The notes under the pieces were generated by a model. It saw only the letters and a list, made by a program, of their open reading frames with translations. It was not told the origin of the DNA and ran no database searches. Of a DNA stretch of 64,000 nucleotides, positions 15,446 to 25,918 are shown piece by piece (position 1 is the stretch's first letter; the number at the start of each line of letters is the position of its first letter). Origin of the DNA: an uncultured Eubacteriales bacterium (GTDB taxonomy: Bacteria > Bacillota > Clostridia > Oscillospirales > CAG-272); contig UQXK01000003.1 in the NCBI GenBank assembly GCA_900544985.1, positions 3,670 to 67,669 of the forward strand. The letters run 5' to 3'. The position numbers and the translations under genes were made by a program.

Positions 15446-17572
15446 TCAGATAACGTTGATGGTTTCTTTTTGAAGATCGGAAAGATTTCCGCCCACGAAA
15501 ATATCAAATTCTCCCGCTTCCGTGGTGAGCTTTCCGTCAGGTGAAATAAATCCGAGCTCCTCTGCATTTATTTTAAATGTAACGGTGATTTCTTCACCGC
15601 TTTTTATAAAGACCTTTTTGAATCGTTTAAGCTGTTTTACAGGCGTTATCACGGAGCTTATTTTGTCGTTTATGTATAGCTCGGCGATCTCTTTTCCGTC
15701 CATGTAGCCTGTATTTTTGATTTTCACCGAAACTTCGAAATCTTCGTCTTTGTGAATCTCTTTCTTTGAAATTTTCAGATCGGAATATTCGAATTTCGTG
15801 TATGAAAGACCGAATCCGAAATCGAACAGGTTTCCTTCGTCGACATCGCAGTATTTACTACTGTGCCAGCCGGGATAACTGTTGTAATAGCAGGGAAGAG
15901 CGCCCGAGGCCCTCGGGAAAGATATGGAAAGCTTTCCGCTCGGATTGAATTTTCCTGCGATGAGCTCCGCTGCGCAAAGACCGCCGAGGTCGCCTCCGTT
16001 GAACATTTCGATAAGTGCGTCGGAGTTTTCCGCAAGCTCTCCTATGCAGAGCGGTTTTCCGTTTACGAGGACAGTTATTATGGGTTTGCCCGTTTCTTTT
16101 AATCTTTTTGCAAGTTCGTTCTGTTTACCCGAAAGTTCGAGCACGGCGCGGTCCTTGCTTTCCCCGTTGAGCGTTATGTCGTCTCCGGGGACGAGTATTA
16201 TTATATCCGCTTCTTTTGCCGCTTTTTCCGCGCGTGCGATGCTTTCTTCATCATCTTTATCTCCGCGTATCGAACAGCCTTTTTCGTAAACTGTTTCGGA
16301 ATCTCCGAAAATTTCTTTTATTCCGCGGAGAGTTGTGTAATAATCGTTTTTTATTACGGCATATTCCTCTTTCGGACGGTGGCTCGTGAAGGTCCAGTCG
16401 CCGTATTGCGCCGCTATATCGTCTGCGTTCGGACCTATTACGGCTATCTTTTTCGGAGCGTTTTTGAGCGGAAGTATTCCGTTGTTTTTCAGAAGTACGA
16501 GACTTTCGCGTGTGAGAGCGTGATTTGTCTCTATATGCTCTTTACAGCCGATAACGCTTTTCGGCATACGCTTTTTGTCTTTGTTGAAAAGTCCGAGATG
16601 AAATTTTGCTCTGAGTATTCTTCTTACCGCGTCGTCTATGTATTCCTCTTTGATTTTTCCTTCTTTTACCTGACGGACGGCGGATTCGTAGAACTCGAAG
16701 CAGTTCATGCTCATGTCGTTCCCGGATTCTATTGCAAGTCTTACGGATTCATCGAAGCTTTCGGCGGATTTTTGCTTTGTTCTCATCTGCCAGATATTCA
16801 TCCAGTCGGTGACGACAAAACCCGAAAAGCCGAGCTCGTCTTTCAATATATCCCTCAAAAGCTCGCGGTGCTTTGTCATAGATGTGCCGTCGATAGAGCC
16901 GTAAGCCGTCATTACGCTTCCTGCACCCGCATCGACGCATTCTTTAAACGGAGGGAGAAAAGTTTCGCGTATTTTTCTTACGGTCAGCTCCGTGTCGTAT
17001 GAATCTTTTCCGCCTGTCGCTTCTCCGTATCCTATATAATGTTTAAGGCACGATATTACAAGTCCGTCCTTTTCATATCCGCGGACGATGGCGGCGCCGA
17101 GCTTTCCGACAAGATACGGATCCTCTCCGAAAGTTTCGTCGATACGTCCCCAGCGCGTGTCGCGTCCGAGACACAGGACGGGGGAGAACACCCAGTCTAT
17201 GCCGTCCGCATTCACCTCTTTTGCCGTATTCTGTCCCATTTCTTCTACAAGCTTTTCGTTCCATGAGCAAGACATTGAAAGCTGCGACGGATATATCGTC
17301 GCTCCGTTCAGAAGCGAATGACCGTGTATCGCGTCTATTCCGAATATCGGCGGAATCTTCATTCTCGTTTTTTCCGCCGCCGCGCGCACTTCGTCGGTCT
17401 GAGCACTTAAAACGTGAAGAAAAGAGCCGGCGCCGAGCTTTACGAATCTTTCGAAAACTCCCGGCTTTTCTTTCATATCGCTTATTTGGAGCATTTGAAG
17501 AATTTTTTCTTCGAGCGTCATTCCGGATATTATATCCGATATTTTTTCTTCCGTTACGGGAGATGTTCTCAT
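15446..17572 (-). CDS. glycoside hydrolase family 3 beta-glucosidase
   Basis: 708 aa. Contains GIDAIHG, KHYIGYG, and GFVVTDW with the catalytic Asp context, plus C-terminal fibronectin-like domain sequence. Confidence 0.85.
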   Translation of the reverse strand: MRTSPVTEEKISDIISGMTLEEKILQMLQISDMKEKPGVFERFVKLGAGSFLHVLSAQTDEVRAAAEKTRMKIPPIFGIDAIHGHSLLNGATIYPSQLSMSCSWNEKLVEEMGQNTAKEVNADGIDWVFSPVLCLGRDTRWGRIDETFGEDPYLVGKLGAAIVRGYEKDGLVISCLKHYIGYGEATGGKDSYDTELTVRKIRETFLPPFKECVDAGAGSVMTAYGSIDGTSMTKHRELLRDILKDELGFSGFVVTDWMNIWQMRTKQKSAESFDESVRLAIESGNDMSMNCFEFYESAVRQVKEGKIKEEYIDDAVRRILRAKFHLGLFNKDKKRMPKSVIGCKEHIETNHALTRESLVLLKNNGILPLKNAPKKIAVIGPNADDIAAQYGDWTFTSHRPKEEYAVIKNDYYTTLRGIKEIFGDSETVYEKGCSIRGDKDDEESIARAEKAAKEADIIILVPGDDITLNGESKDRAVLELSGKQNELAKRLKETGKPIITVLVNGKPLCIGELAENSDALIEMFNGGDLGGLCAAELIAGKFNPSGKLSISFPRASGALPCYYNSYPGWHSSKYCDVDEGNLFDFGFGLSYTKFEYSDLKISKKEIHKDEDFEVSVKIKNTGYMDGKEIAELYINDKISSVITPVKQLKRFKKVFIKSGEEITVTFKINAEELGFISPDGKLTTEAGEFDIFVGGNLSDLQKETINVI

Positions 17573-17764
17573 TTTTTATAGTTCCTTTTATCGGTGTTTT
17601 ATATATTCAAATATACCACAAAAACGGGAAAAAAACAATATTGCCGTTGATTTTTTTGAAATCGAAATTGAAAAAACGGTAATGTCTTCCATTGTAATAT
17701 GTTTAAAATGTTTTTAAAGATTCATTTTGAATGTAATATTTTGTTGTTTTTTAACAGCACTTGA

Positions 17765-17792
17765 CATATCGATAATGATATATCGAATATGC
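17765..17792. promoter_or_regulatory. composite operator-like motif overlapping the adh promoter
   Basis: CATATCGATA-atgat-ATATCGAATATGC lies immediately after a TTGACA at 17761-17766. It is almost the same composite as at 21865-21893. Confidence 0.45.
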
Positions 17793-17918
17793 CCGTTTTA
17801 TATTTCCTTTTTTCTCCTGTTGCTGTTAAAATAAAAACAGAGGAAAGCGGTGATGTATATGAAACGCTTTCGAAAATCTACATATTAAAATATGAAATAA
17901 CTACGGAGGAACAGAAAA

Positions 17919-19136
17919 ATGGCAAGATTTACACTTCCCAGAGACCTTTATCACGGCAAAGGTTCTCTTGAAGCTCTGAAAACATTTGAAGGCAAGAAGG
18001 CGATGATATGCGTCGGCGGCGGTTCGATGAAGAAATTCGGCTTCCTTGACAAGGCAGTGTCCTATCTCAAAGAGGCCGGCATGGAAGTCGAACTTTTTGA
18101 GGGTATCGAACCCGATCCTTCTGTCGAGACCGTTATGCGCGGTGCCGATGCTATGCTTAAATTCGAGCCCGACTGGATAATAGCTATGGGCGGCGGCTCT
18201 CCTATCGACGCTGCAAAAGCAATGTGGATAAAATACGAATATCCCGACATAACATTTGAGGATATGTGCAAGGTATTCGGTATTCCGAAGCTTCGCAAGA
18301 AAGCTCATTTCTGCGCGATCTCTTCCACATCGGGAACGGCAACGGAGGTTACCGCGTTTTCTATCATAACAGACTATAATAAGGGTATCAAATATCCTAT
18401 CGCGGATTTCGAAATAACGCCCGATGTTGCAATAGTAGACCCCGACCTTGCGGAGACAATGCCGAAAAAGCTCGTCGCTCACACGGGTATGGACGCTATG
18501 ACGCACGCGATAGAGGCTTATGTTTCCACCGCAAACTGCGATTATACCGATCCGCTTGCGATATTCGCAATAAAGATGATCCAGAGCGATCTTGTTGATT
18601 CCTATAACGGAGATATGGCAAAGAGAGACAGCATGCACAACGCACAGTGTCTTGCGGGCATGGCTTTCTCGAACGCGCTTCTCGGAATAGTTCACTCTAT
18701 GGCTCATAAGACTGGCGCCGCTTTTGCGGACTACGGTGCGCACATAATCCACGGCGCGGCAAACGCCATGTATCTTCCCAAAGTAATAGCTTTCAACGCA
18801 AAAGATCCCACGGCTAAAAAACGCTATGGCGTTATCGCGGATTATATGGGACTCGGCGGAGAAAACGACGACGAAAAGGTAAAACTTCTCATCGCTTACC
18901 TGCGCAAGATGAACGATGACCTCAATATCCCGCACTGCATAAAGAATTACGGAGCGGACAGCTACCCCTGCGAACAGGGCTTTGTTCCGGAAAATGTTTT
19001 CCTTGAAAGACTTCACAACATAGCTGTAAATGCGATAGGCGACGCCTGCACTGGTTCGAACCCCCGTCAGCCCTCTGTCGAAGAGATGGAAAAACTTCTT
19101 AAATGCTGCTACTACGATACGGAAGTCGATTTCTGA
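17919..19136 (+). CDS. iron-containing alcohol dehydrogenase (butanol/1,2-propanediol dehydrogenase type)
   Basis: 405 aa. Contains GGGSMKKFG, GGGSPIDAAKA and metal-binding His motifs (HAIEAY, HSMAHKTGA). Confidence 0.85.
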   Translation: MARFTLPRDLYHGKGSLEALKTFEGKKAMICVGGGSMKKFGFLDKAVSYLKEAGMEVELFEGIEPDPSVETVMRGADAMLKFEPDWIIAMGGGSPIDAAKAMWIKYEYPDITFEDMCKVFGIPKLRKKAHFCAISSTSGTATEVTAFSIITDYNKGIKYPIADFEITPDVAIVDPDLAETMPKKLVAHTGMDAMTHAIEAYVSTANCDYTDPLAIFAIKMIQSDLVDSYNGDMAKRDSMHNAQCLAGMAFSNALLGIVHSMAHKTGAAFADYGAHIIHGAANAMYLPKVIAFNAKDPTAKKRYGVIADYMGLGGENDDEKVKLLIAYLRKMNDDLNIPHCIKNYGADSYPCEQGFVPENVFLERLHNIAVNAIGDACTGSNPRQPSVEEMEKLLKCCYYDTEVDF

Positions 19137-19328
19137 TAAGATATATTTAAAGAAAGAGTTGCCGCGGCAAACGGCAGCTCTTTTTTATGAAAAATTGAAA
19201 AATTTCAAATAATGTAGTAAAATAACATCGTTACGATTATATTTGGATTATATCGGGGCGAGGACTCTCGCTTGCCGTATTCGGGCACGAAATAACGGGA
19301 CTTCTCCCGCTCATAGAAAGGGGATATA

Positions 19329-19931
19329 ATGGAAAAAAGAGATAAAAACGGTCTTACCGAAAGGGAATTTCTGGAATCGTATTCCTCCGATAAATATAAA
19401 AAACCGTCGCTTACGGCGGACATCGTTCTTATTGCGCGTGACGGAGATAAAAATGAACTTTTGCTTATAAAGCGCGGAGGTCACCCGTATATCGACTGCT
19501 TTGCGCTTCCCGGCGGATTTGCAGAGCCGGGAGAGTCGATAGAGCGCACCGCGGCAAGGGAATTATACGAGGAAACGGCGGTGGAAAACGTCGTATTTGA
19601 ATCGATAGGCGTTTTCTCCTCTCCCGGCAGAGATCCGCGCGGTTGGGTCGTATCCGACGCTTTTCTTGCTGTTGCGGATAAAAAAGATATACGCGTTTTG
19701 GCGGGGGACGACGCCGCAAAAGCCGTGTGGTTTTCTGTTTTTGTAAACAGCAACGGCAAAAATATACGTCTTGTTTCCGACGGTGAGGAGATAAATATAA
19801 AATTTGAGAAAAAGAATGTTTCGTCTCCTTTCGGAGTCCGCGCGGAATATCATATAACAGACGACGGCGGACTTGCTTTCGACCATGCGCTTATATTGGC
19901 GACGGCAATGGGAAAGCTCGGTCTTATCTGA
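19329..19931 (+). CDS. NUDIX hydrolase
   Basis: Nudix box GGFAEPGESIERTAARELYEETAV. Confidence 0.85.
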   Translation: MEKRDKNGLTEREFLESYSSDKYKKPSLTADIVLIARDGDKNELLLIKRGGHPYIDCFALPGGFAEPGESIERTAARELYEETAVENVVFESIGVFSSPGRDPRGWVVSDAFLAVADKKDIRVLAGDDAAKAVWFSVFVNSNGKNIRLVSDGEEINIKFEKKNVSSPFGVRAEYHITDDGGLAFDHALILATAMGKLGLI

Positions 19932-20281
19932 ATCCCGACTGCGATAATTTGCTTTCAAAGAAAAATATTATTTAAATCGGCGTATTTGAAACTGTTTTTT
20001 CCGTATTTTTCGATATAAAATGAATCAAAGCTTTTACAAATAAGAAAAATATCGGAAAAAGTAAAAAAATATATAGCAATATTTTATTGTGTGTGATAAA
20101 ATGAATTTAAAGAATATGTTGCTTTTTGAAATATATTTGATTTTTTGCCGACAATAAGGCTTTATATATCGGTCCTATGAGAATCACGGTAGCGCATATT
20201 GTTTTCGGCAGATATAAAAAATTTGATTTTGATAAAAAACGGGATCGATAAGTTTCATGATATGCAGGAGAGGAATTTTAC

Positions 20282-20926
20282 ATGGATGATAAAAATATTT
20301 CTTTGCAAACTCTTCGCAGACTTCCTGTCTATCTTCATTATTTAAAAGTTATAAAAGATGAATGTCAGTCTATTTCGGCTACCGCCATCGCGGAAAAATT
20401 CGGGCTTAACGACGTGCAGGTCAGAAAAGATCTTGCGGCGGTAAGCGGAAGCGGCAGACCGAAAACCGGATATTTTACCGACGAGCTGATTTCACAGATA
20501 GAAAGTTATCTGGGGTGTCGCTCCGATACGAAAACGGTCCTCATAGGAGCGGGAAATCTGGGAAAAGCGCTTATGTCATATGACGGATTTGACGATTACG
20601 GAATAGATATAATAGCGGCGTTTGATACTTCGGAAGAGGTTTACGGAAAAATGGTAAACGGAAAGCCGATACTTTCAAGCGAGGACCTTGAAGAGGTGTG
20701 CCTGAACAAAAATATACGTTTGGGTATAATAACCGTGCCTGCGTATGGGGCGCAGAGCGTTTGCGATGAACTTGTTTCTTACGGCGTGAAGGCTATATGG
20801 AACTTTGCGCCTACGATATTAAAAGTGCCGGAAGGGGTAATTGTGGAAAACGAGAACCTTGCTTCGTCTCTTGCGGTGCTTTCAAAACATCTTCATAACA
20901 ATCTTGATGCGGAGGTGGGCAAGTGA
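20282..20926 (+). CDS. rex: redox-sensing transcriptional repressor Rex
   Basis: LRRLPVYLHYLK...VQVRKDLAAVSGSGRPKTGY..., Rossmann VLIGAGNLGKAL. Confidence 0.9.
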   Translation: MDDKNISLQTLRRLPVYLHYLKVIKDECQSISATAIAEKFGLNDVQVRKDLAAVSGSGRPKTGYFTDELISQIESYLGCRSDTKTVLIGAGNLGKALMSYDGFDDYGIDIIAAFDTSEEVYGKMVNGKPILSSEDLEEVCLNKNIRLGIITVPAYGAQSVCDELVSYGVKAIWNFAPTILKVPEGVIVENENLASSLAVLSKHLHNNLDAEVGK

Positions 20927-21858
20927 ATCTTCTTCATCTGAAATACGCCGTTGAGGTGGCGAAAACTTCTTCCATTACAAAGGCTGCGGATAATCTTTAT
21001 ATGGGACAGCCGAATCTTTCGCGCGCGATACGCGAGCTTGAAGACTCTCTCGGAATACAGATATTCAAGCGTACGCCGAAGGGAATATATCCCACTCCGA
21101 AGGGAGAAGAATTTTTGGGATATGCCAGAAAGATTCTCGAACAGGTGGACAGCGTGGAAAGGCTGTACCGCGGAGAAAAGGACGACGAACACAAATTTGC
21201 CGTTTCCGTGCCGCGAGCAAGCTATATTTCAAGCGCTTTTAACGGATTTATAAAGAAACTGAACAATGCGCCCCTGTTTGAAATCTCGTATAAAGAAACG
21301 AATTCGATGCGAACCATAAACAACGTACTAAATGCCGATTACAATCTCGGAATACTTCGTTACCGTTCGTCTTACGACAGATATTTCAAGGAGATGCTCG
21401 AAAACAAGGGGCTCGAATCGGAGCTTATTTGCGAATTCAACTGCGTTCTTCTTATCTCGAAGGATTCGCCTCTGGCTTCTCAGAATACAATACGCGAAGA
21501 TGATTTGAAATCTTATTCGGAAATAGCGTATCCGGATCCGTATGTTCCGACTCTTCCGATGAGCACGGTGCAAAAAGAGGAGCTTTCGGCGGGAGTGGAA
21601 AAACATATCTTTGTCTTTGAAAGGGCGACGCTGATGGAGCTTTTGAGTTCCGTTCCGGAAACGTTTATATGGACGTCCCCCGTTCCTTCCGATATGCTCG
21701 AACGCTATGGGCTTGTCGAACGCGTATGCACGGGCGCGGAAAGAAAATACCGCGATGTATTGATAAGAAGAAAAGACTATATGTTTACCGATACCGACAA
21801 ACTTTTTATCGATGAATTGACCAAAGCGAAAAGAAAATTTTCTGATATGTCAAAATAG
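20923..21858 (+). CDS. LysR-family transcriptional regulator
   Basis: N-terminal HTH is MNLLHLKYAVEVAKTSSITKAADNLYMGQPNLSRAIRELEDSLGIQIFKR. The start overlaps the rex stop (GTGA). Confidence 0.85.
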   Translation: MNLLHLKYAVEVAKTSSITKAADNLYMGQPNLSRAIRELEDSLGIQIFKRTPKGIYPTPKGEEFLGYARKILEQVDSVERLYRGEKDDEHKFAVSVPRASYISSAFNGFIKKLNNAPLFEISYKETNSMRTINNVLNADYNLGILRYRSSYDRYFKEMLENKGLESELICEFNCVLLISKDSPLASQNTIREDDLKSYSEIAYPDPYVPTLPMSTVQKEELSAGVEKHIFVFERATLMELLSSVPETFIWTSPVPSDMLERYGLVERVCTGAERKYRDVLIRRKDYMFTDTDKLFIDELTKAKRKFSDMSK

Positions 21859-21860
21859 AT

Positions 21861-21896
21861 ATTAGCATATCGATATTTGCATATCGATATGCTAAT
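21861..21896. promoter_or_regulatory. perfect 16-bp inverted repeat (operator and/or terminator) between lysR and adhE
   Basis: attagcatatcgatat-ttgc-atatcgatatgctaat begins 3 nt after the LysR stop and about 75 nt before the adhE start. It contains two ATATCGATAT palindromes. Confidence 0.5.
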
Positions 21897-21969
21897 TTTA
21901 TATTTCAAAAAACGGCGAAAATATTGTAGAATAATACCATTATAATGTATTTTAACGGAGGAAATTAAA

Positions 21970-24576
21970 ATGACCGAAAACAAATATCCTGTTGTCGACT
22001 GTGTCGAAAAGATGGAGCAGAGACTCTCTGACATCAAAGAAGCGCAGAAGAAATATGCTTCGTATACACAGGAGCAGGTGGATGCAATATTCAAAGCGGC
22101 GGCTATTGCCGCAAACAAGGCGAGAATCCCCCTTGCAAAGCTCGCGGTAGAAGAGACGGGAATGGGTATAGTAGAGGACAAAGTTATAAAAAATCACTTT
22201 GCTTCCGAATATATTTATAACCAGTACAGAGACACAAAGACGTGCGGAGTTATCGAAGAAGATAAAGTCGGCGGATTTATGAAGATAGCAGAGCCTATCG
22301 GCGTCGTTGCTGCGGTAATCCCCACAACGAACCCCACATCCACCGCAATATTCAAAACGCTTCTCGCTCTCAAAACGAGAAACGGTATAATGATAAGCCC
22401 TCATCCGAGAGCGAAAAAATCCACGATAGAGGCAGCTAAGATCGTTCTCGAAGCTGCTGTTGCGGCAGGCGCTCCCGAAAATATAATCGGCTGGATAGAC
22501 ATACCTTCCCTCGAAATGACAAATGTACTTATGAAGGAAGCCGACATAATCCTTGCAACGGGCGGACCGAGCATGGTAAAAGCGGCATATTCGAGCGGCA
22601 AACCGGCGCTCGGCGTCGGCGCGGGCAACACTCCTGCGATCATAGATGACACCGCAGACATCACTCTTGCGGTAAGCTCCATAATTCATTCCAAAACATT
22701 CGATAACGGTATGATATGCGCTTCCGAACAGTCCGTAATCGCCGTAGACGGTGTATATGCAAAGGTAAAGAAAGAATTTGCAGCGCGCGGATGCTACTTC
22801 CTCAATGCGGAAGAGACGGAAAAAGTAAGAAAGACGATAATCATAAACGGCGCTCTCAATGCGAAGATAGTCGGACAGAAAGCGCACACGATAGCCGCTC
22901 TTGCCGGCGTAGAAGTTCCCGAAAATGCAAAGATCCTTATCGGTGAAGTAGAGAGCACCGAGCTTTCCGAAGAGTTTGCACACGAGAAGCTTTCTCCCGT
23001 ACTTGCAATGTACCGCGCAAAAGATTTTGACGACGCTATCACAAAAGCAGAAAAGCTTGTTGCGGACGGCGGTTACGGTCATACATCTTCAGTTTACCTC
23101 AACGCGGTAACGGAGCGTGCAAAACTCGATAAATTCGCTTCCGCTATGAAGACCTGCCGTATCGTAGTTAATACTCCTTCCTCTCACGGCGGTCTCGGAG
23201 ATCTTTACAACTTCCGTCTTACCCCTTCTCTTACGCTCGGATGCGGAAGCTGGGGCGGCAACTCCATTTCCGAAAACGTCAGCGTAAAACACCTGCTCAA
23301 TATAAAGAGCGTAGCAGAGAGGAGAGAGAATATGCTTTGGTTCAGAGCACCCGAAAAGGTTTATATAAAGAAGGGCTGCCTGCCCGTTGCTCTTGATGAG
23401 CTCGGCACGGTAATGCACAAAAAGAAAGCTTTCATCGTAACAGACAGCTTCCTTTACAACAACGGTTATACAAAGGCTATCGAAAAGAAGCTTGAAGAGA
23501 TGGGAATAATGTTCACCACATTCTCGAACGTCGCTCCCGATCCGACGCTTGCATGCGCAAGAGAAGGCGCGAAGCTCATGACTGCTTTTGCTCCCGATGT
23601 AGTAATCGCAGTCGGCGGCGGTTCCGCTATGGACGCAGGAAAGATCATGTGGGTCCTTTACGAACATCCGGAAGCAGACTTCATGGATATGGCGATGCGC
23701 TTTGTCGATATAAGAAAGAGAATATACACATTCCCGAAGATGGGCGAGAAGGCATATTTCGTAGCTATCCCGACATCTGCCGGAACAGGTTCCGAAGTAA
23801 CGCCTTTCGCAGTTATTACAGACGAGAAGACAGGCGTTAAATATCCTCTTGCAGACTATGAGCTTCTTCCTAAAATGGCGATAGTAGATGCGGATATGAT
23901 GATGAACGCTCCCAAAGGACTTACCTCCGCTTCCGGTATAGACGCCGTAACGCACGCTCTCGAAGCATACGCTTCCATGATGGCAACGGACTATACAGAC
24001 GGTCTTGCTCTCCGTTCTCTCCAAATGATATTCGAATATTTGCCGCGCGCATATGACAACGGCGCAAATGATCCCGTTGCACGTGAAAAGATGGCAAATG
24101 CCGCTACTATGGCGGGTATGGCTTTCGCGAATGCGTTCCTCGGCGTATGCCACTCCATGGCTCACAAGCTCGGCGCATTCCATCATCTGCCCCACGGTGT
24201 TGCAAACGCTCTCATGATAGACGAAGTTCTCCGTTTCAACGCGGCGGAAGTTCCCACAAAGATGGGTACATTCCCGCAGTATGACCATCCTCATACGCTC
24301 GCGCGCTATGCGGAAGTAGCAGACTTCCTCGGCGTAAAGGGCAAAAACGACAATGAAAAACTCGAAGGTCTCATAAAGAAGATAGACGAACTCAAAGAAA
24401 GAATAGGCATAAAACCCACCATACGCGACTATGTACCGAACGAAGAGGACTTCCTTGCACGTCTCGACGACATGACGGAGCAGGCGTTCGACGATCAGTG
24501 CACAGGCGCGAACCCGCGTTATCCGCTCATGAGCGAAATCAAACAGATGTATCTCAACGCTTATTACGGCAAGTAA
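21970..24576 (+). CDS. adhE: bifunctional acetaldehyde-CoA / alcohol dehydrogenase
   Basis: 868 aa. The N-terminal aldehyde dehydrogenase part (...[10 protein letters not shown]...) is fused to a C-terminal iron-ADH part ([19 protein letters not shown]). Confidence 0.95.
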   Translation: MTENKYPVVDCVEKMEQRLSDIKEAQKKYASYTQEQVDAIFKAAAIAANKARIPLAKLAVEETGMGIVEDKVIKNHFASEYIYNQYRDTKTCGVIEEDKVGGFMKIAEPIGVVAAVIPTTNPTSTAIFKTLLALKTRNGIMISPHPRAKKSTIEAAKIVLEAAVAAGAPENIIGWIDIPSLEMTNVLMKEADIILATGGPSMVKAAYSSGKPALGVGAGNTPAIIDDTADITLAVSSIIHSKTFDNGMICASEQSVIAVDGVYAKVKKEFAARGCYFLNAEETEKVRKTIIINGALNAKIVGQKAHTIAALAGVEVPENAKILIGEVESTELSEEFAHEKLSPVLAMYRAKDFDDAITKAEKLVADGGYGHTSSVYLNAVTERAKLDKFASAMKTCRIVVNTPSSHGGLGDLYNFRLTPSLTLGCGSWGGNSISENVSVKHLLNIKSVAERRENMLWFRAPEKVYIKKGCLPVALDELGTVMHKKKAFIVTDSFLYNNGYTKAIEKKLEEMGIMFTTFSNVAPDPTLACAREGAKLMTAFAPDVVIAVGGGSAMDAGKIMWVLYEHPEADFMDMAMRFVDIRKRIYTFPKMGEKAYFVAIPTSAGTGSEVTPFAVITDEKTGVKYPLADYELLPKMAIVDADMMMNAPKGLTSASGIDAVTHALEAYASMMATDYTDGLALRSLQMIFEYLPRAYDNGANDPVAREKMANAATMAGMAFANAFLGVCHSMAHKLGAFHHLPHGVANALMIDEVLRFNAAEVPTKMGTFPQYDHPHTLARYAEVADFLGVKGKNDNEKLEGLIKKIDELKERIGIKPTIRDYVPNEEDFLARLDDMTEQAFDDQCTGANPRYPLMSEIKQMYLNAYYGK

Positions 24577-24602
24577 TATAAAACAAGGAAAGGGGAATAA
24601 AT

Positions 24603-25358
24603 ATGAGTATTCAGGCTGACAAAATCATTGCTGTACGCACATCGAAAACCATTTACCGCGACAAGGATTCGGTTATAAAGGTCTTTGACGAGGATTATTC
24701 CAAATCGGAAGTTTTAAACGAGGCGCTCAATCAGGCGCGCGCGGAAGAAACGGGGCTTACTATCCCGAAGATACTCGAAGTTATGAAGGTGGACGGAAAA
24801 TGGGCTATCCGTTCCGAATATATCGCCGGAAAAACTTTGCAGCAGTTAATGGATGAACATCCCGAAAAATACGACGAATATCTTAATCTGTTTGTCGATC
24901 TTCAAATAGATGTACACACAAAGAAATCTCCGCTTCTCGTAAAGCTTAAAGATAAGCTCGAAAGAAAGATAAGCTCGACGGATTTTGACGCTACCACAAG
25001 ATACGAGCTTCACGAAAGACTCGAAGGTATGCCGAAGCACAAAAAGGTCTGCCACGGCGACTTCAACCCGTCGAATATAATAATCACGGAAGATAACAAG
25101 GCTTATATCCTCGACTGGTCTCATGCCACACAGGGAAATGCTTCCGCCGATGTTGCAAGAACGTATCTTCTTTTCTGCCTTAACAAAGGCAAAGAGACAG
25201 CGGATAAATATCTCGACCTCTTCTGCAAAAAGACGGATACCGCAAAACAGTACGTTTTGAAATGGCTTCCCATTGTCGCCGCCGCTCAGTCTGCCGACGG
25301 CACGGAAAAAGAGCGCGAAGCTCTCTCTTCCTGGGTAAACGTCGTAGACTTCGAATAA
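24603..25358 (+). CDS. phosphotransferase-family (APH/choline-kinase-like) protein
   Basis: 251 aa. Catalytic loop is VCHGDFNPSNIIITEDNKAYILDW. Confidence 0.7.
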   Translation: MSIQADKIIAVRTSKTIYRDKDSVIKVFDEDYSKSEVLNEALNQARAEETGLTIPKILEVMKVDGKWAIRSEYIAGKTLQQLMDEHPEKYDEYLNLFVDLQIDVHTKKSPLLVKLKDKLERKISSTDFDATTRYELHERLEGMPKHKKVCHGDFNPSNIIITEDNKAYILDWSHATQGNASADVARTYLLFCLNKGKETADKYLDLFCKKTDTAKQYVLKWLPIVAAAQSADGTEKEREALSSWVNVVDFE

Positions 25359-25625
25359 TAAATCAAACAAATCCCGCTTTGAAAATTACCGCTTTCCGAA
25401 CTTTAAACAGATACAGTTTTGAGTTCGGAGGCGGTGACGCTGTATTTAAATTGATGTGATGAATGTTATCGGTTTTGCAGAACGGATTATTCGGAAAATG
25501 AAACGTTTTTGCGAGATCTTTGGCTTGCCGGAATGCGGAATATGTTTTTTGCAGAGCATTTCGGCTACATTTCTTAGTAGTAAAGATAAATTTATGGAAT
25601 ACTTAATAATCAGGAGTGAATTATT

Positions 25626-25871
25626 ATGGTAAATGTAACGATTTGTATAGGAAGTTCATGTCACTTGAAGGGTTCGAGAAAAGTAGTCGAAAAGCTTCAA
25701 CAGATCATATCGGAAAAAGGTCTTAAAGATAAAGTGGAGCTTTCCGGTACTTTCTGCATGGGAAGATGCGAAACAGGCGTCAGCGTTACCGTTGACGGCG
25801 AATATTTCTCCGTTTCTCCCGAAAGCGTAGACGAATTTTTCGATAACGTTGTTATGGCACGCGTTAAATAA
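25626..25871 (+). CDS. thioredoxin-like [2Fe-2S] ferredoxin-domain protein
   Basis: 81 aa. Cys pattern is CIGSSCHLKG...FCMGRCETG. Confidence 0.7.
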   Translation: MVNVTICIGSSCHLKGSRKVVEKLQQIISEKGLKDKVELSGTFCMGRCETGVSVTVDGEYFSVSPESVDEFFDNVVMARVK

Positions 25872-25918
25872 GCGCTGCCTCGAACGCTTGTGTATTTGAA
25901 GCGAAAGGATGAAACTCT

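Noticed and set aside
17573-25625. Canonical Rex operators (TTGTGAA-N6-TTCACAA or TTGTTAA-N4-TTAACAA) upstream of adh, rex, adhE and the hyd operon
   Set aside because: No convincing match was seen by eye in any of these intergenic regions. A different shared palindrome is reported instead. A proper matrix scan is still needed.
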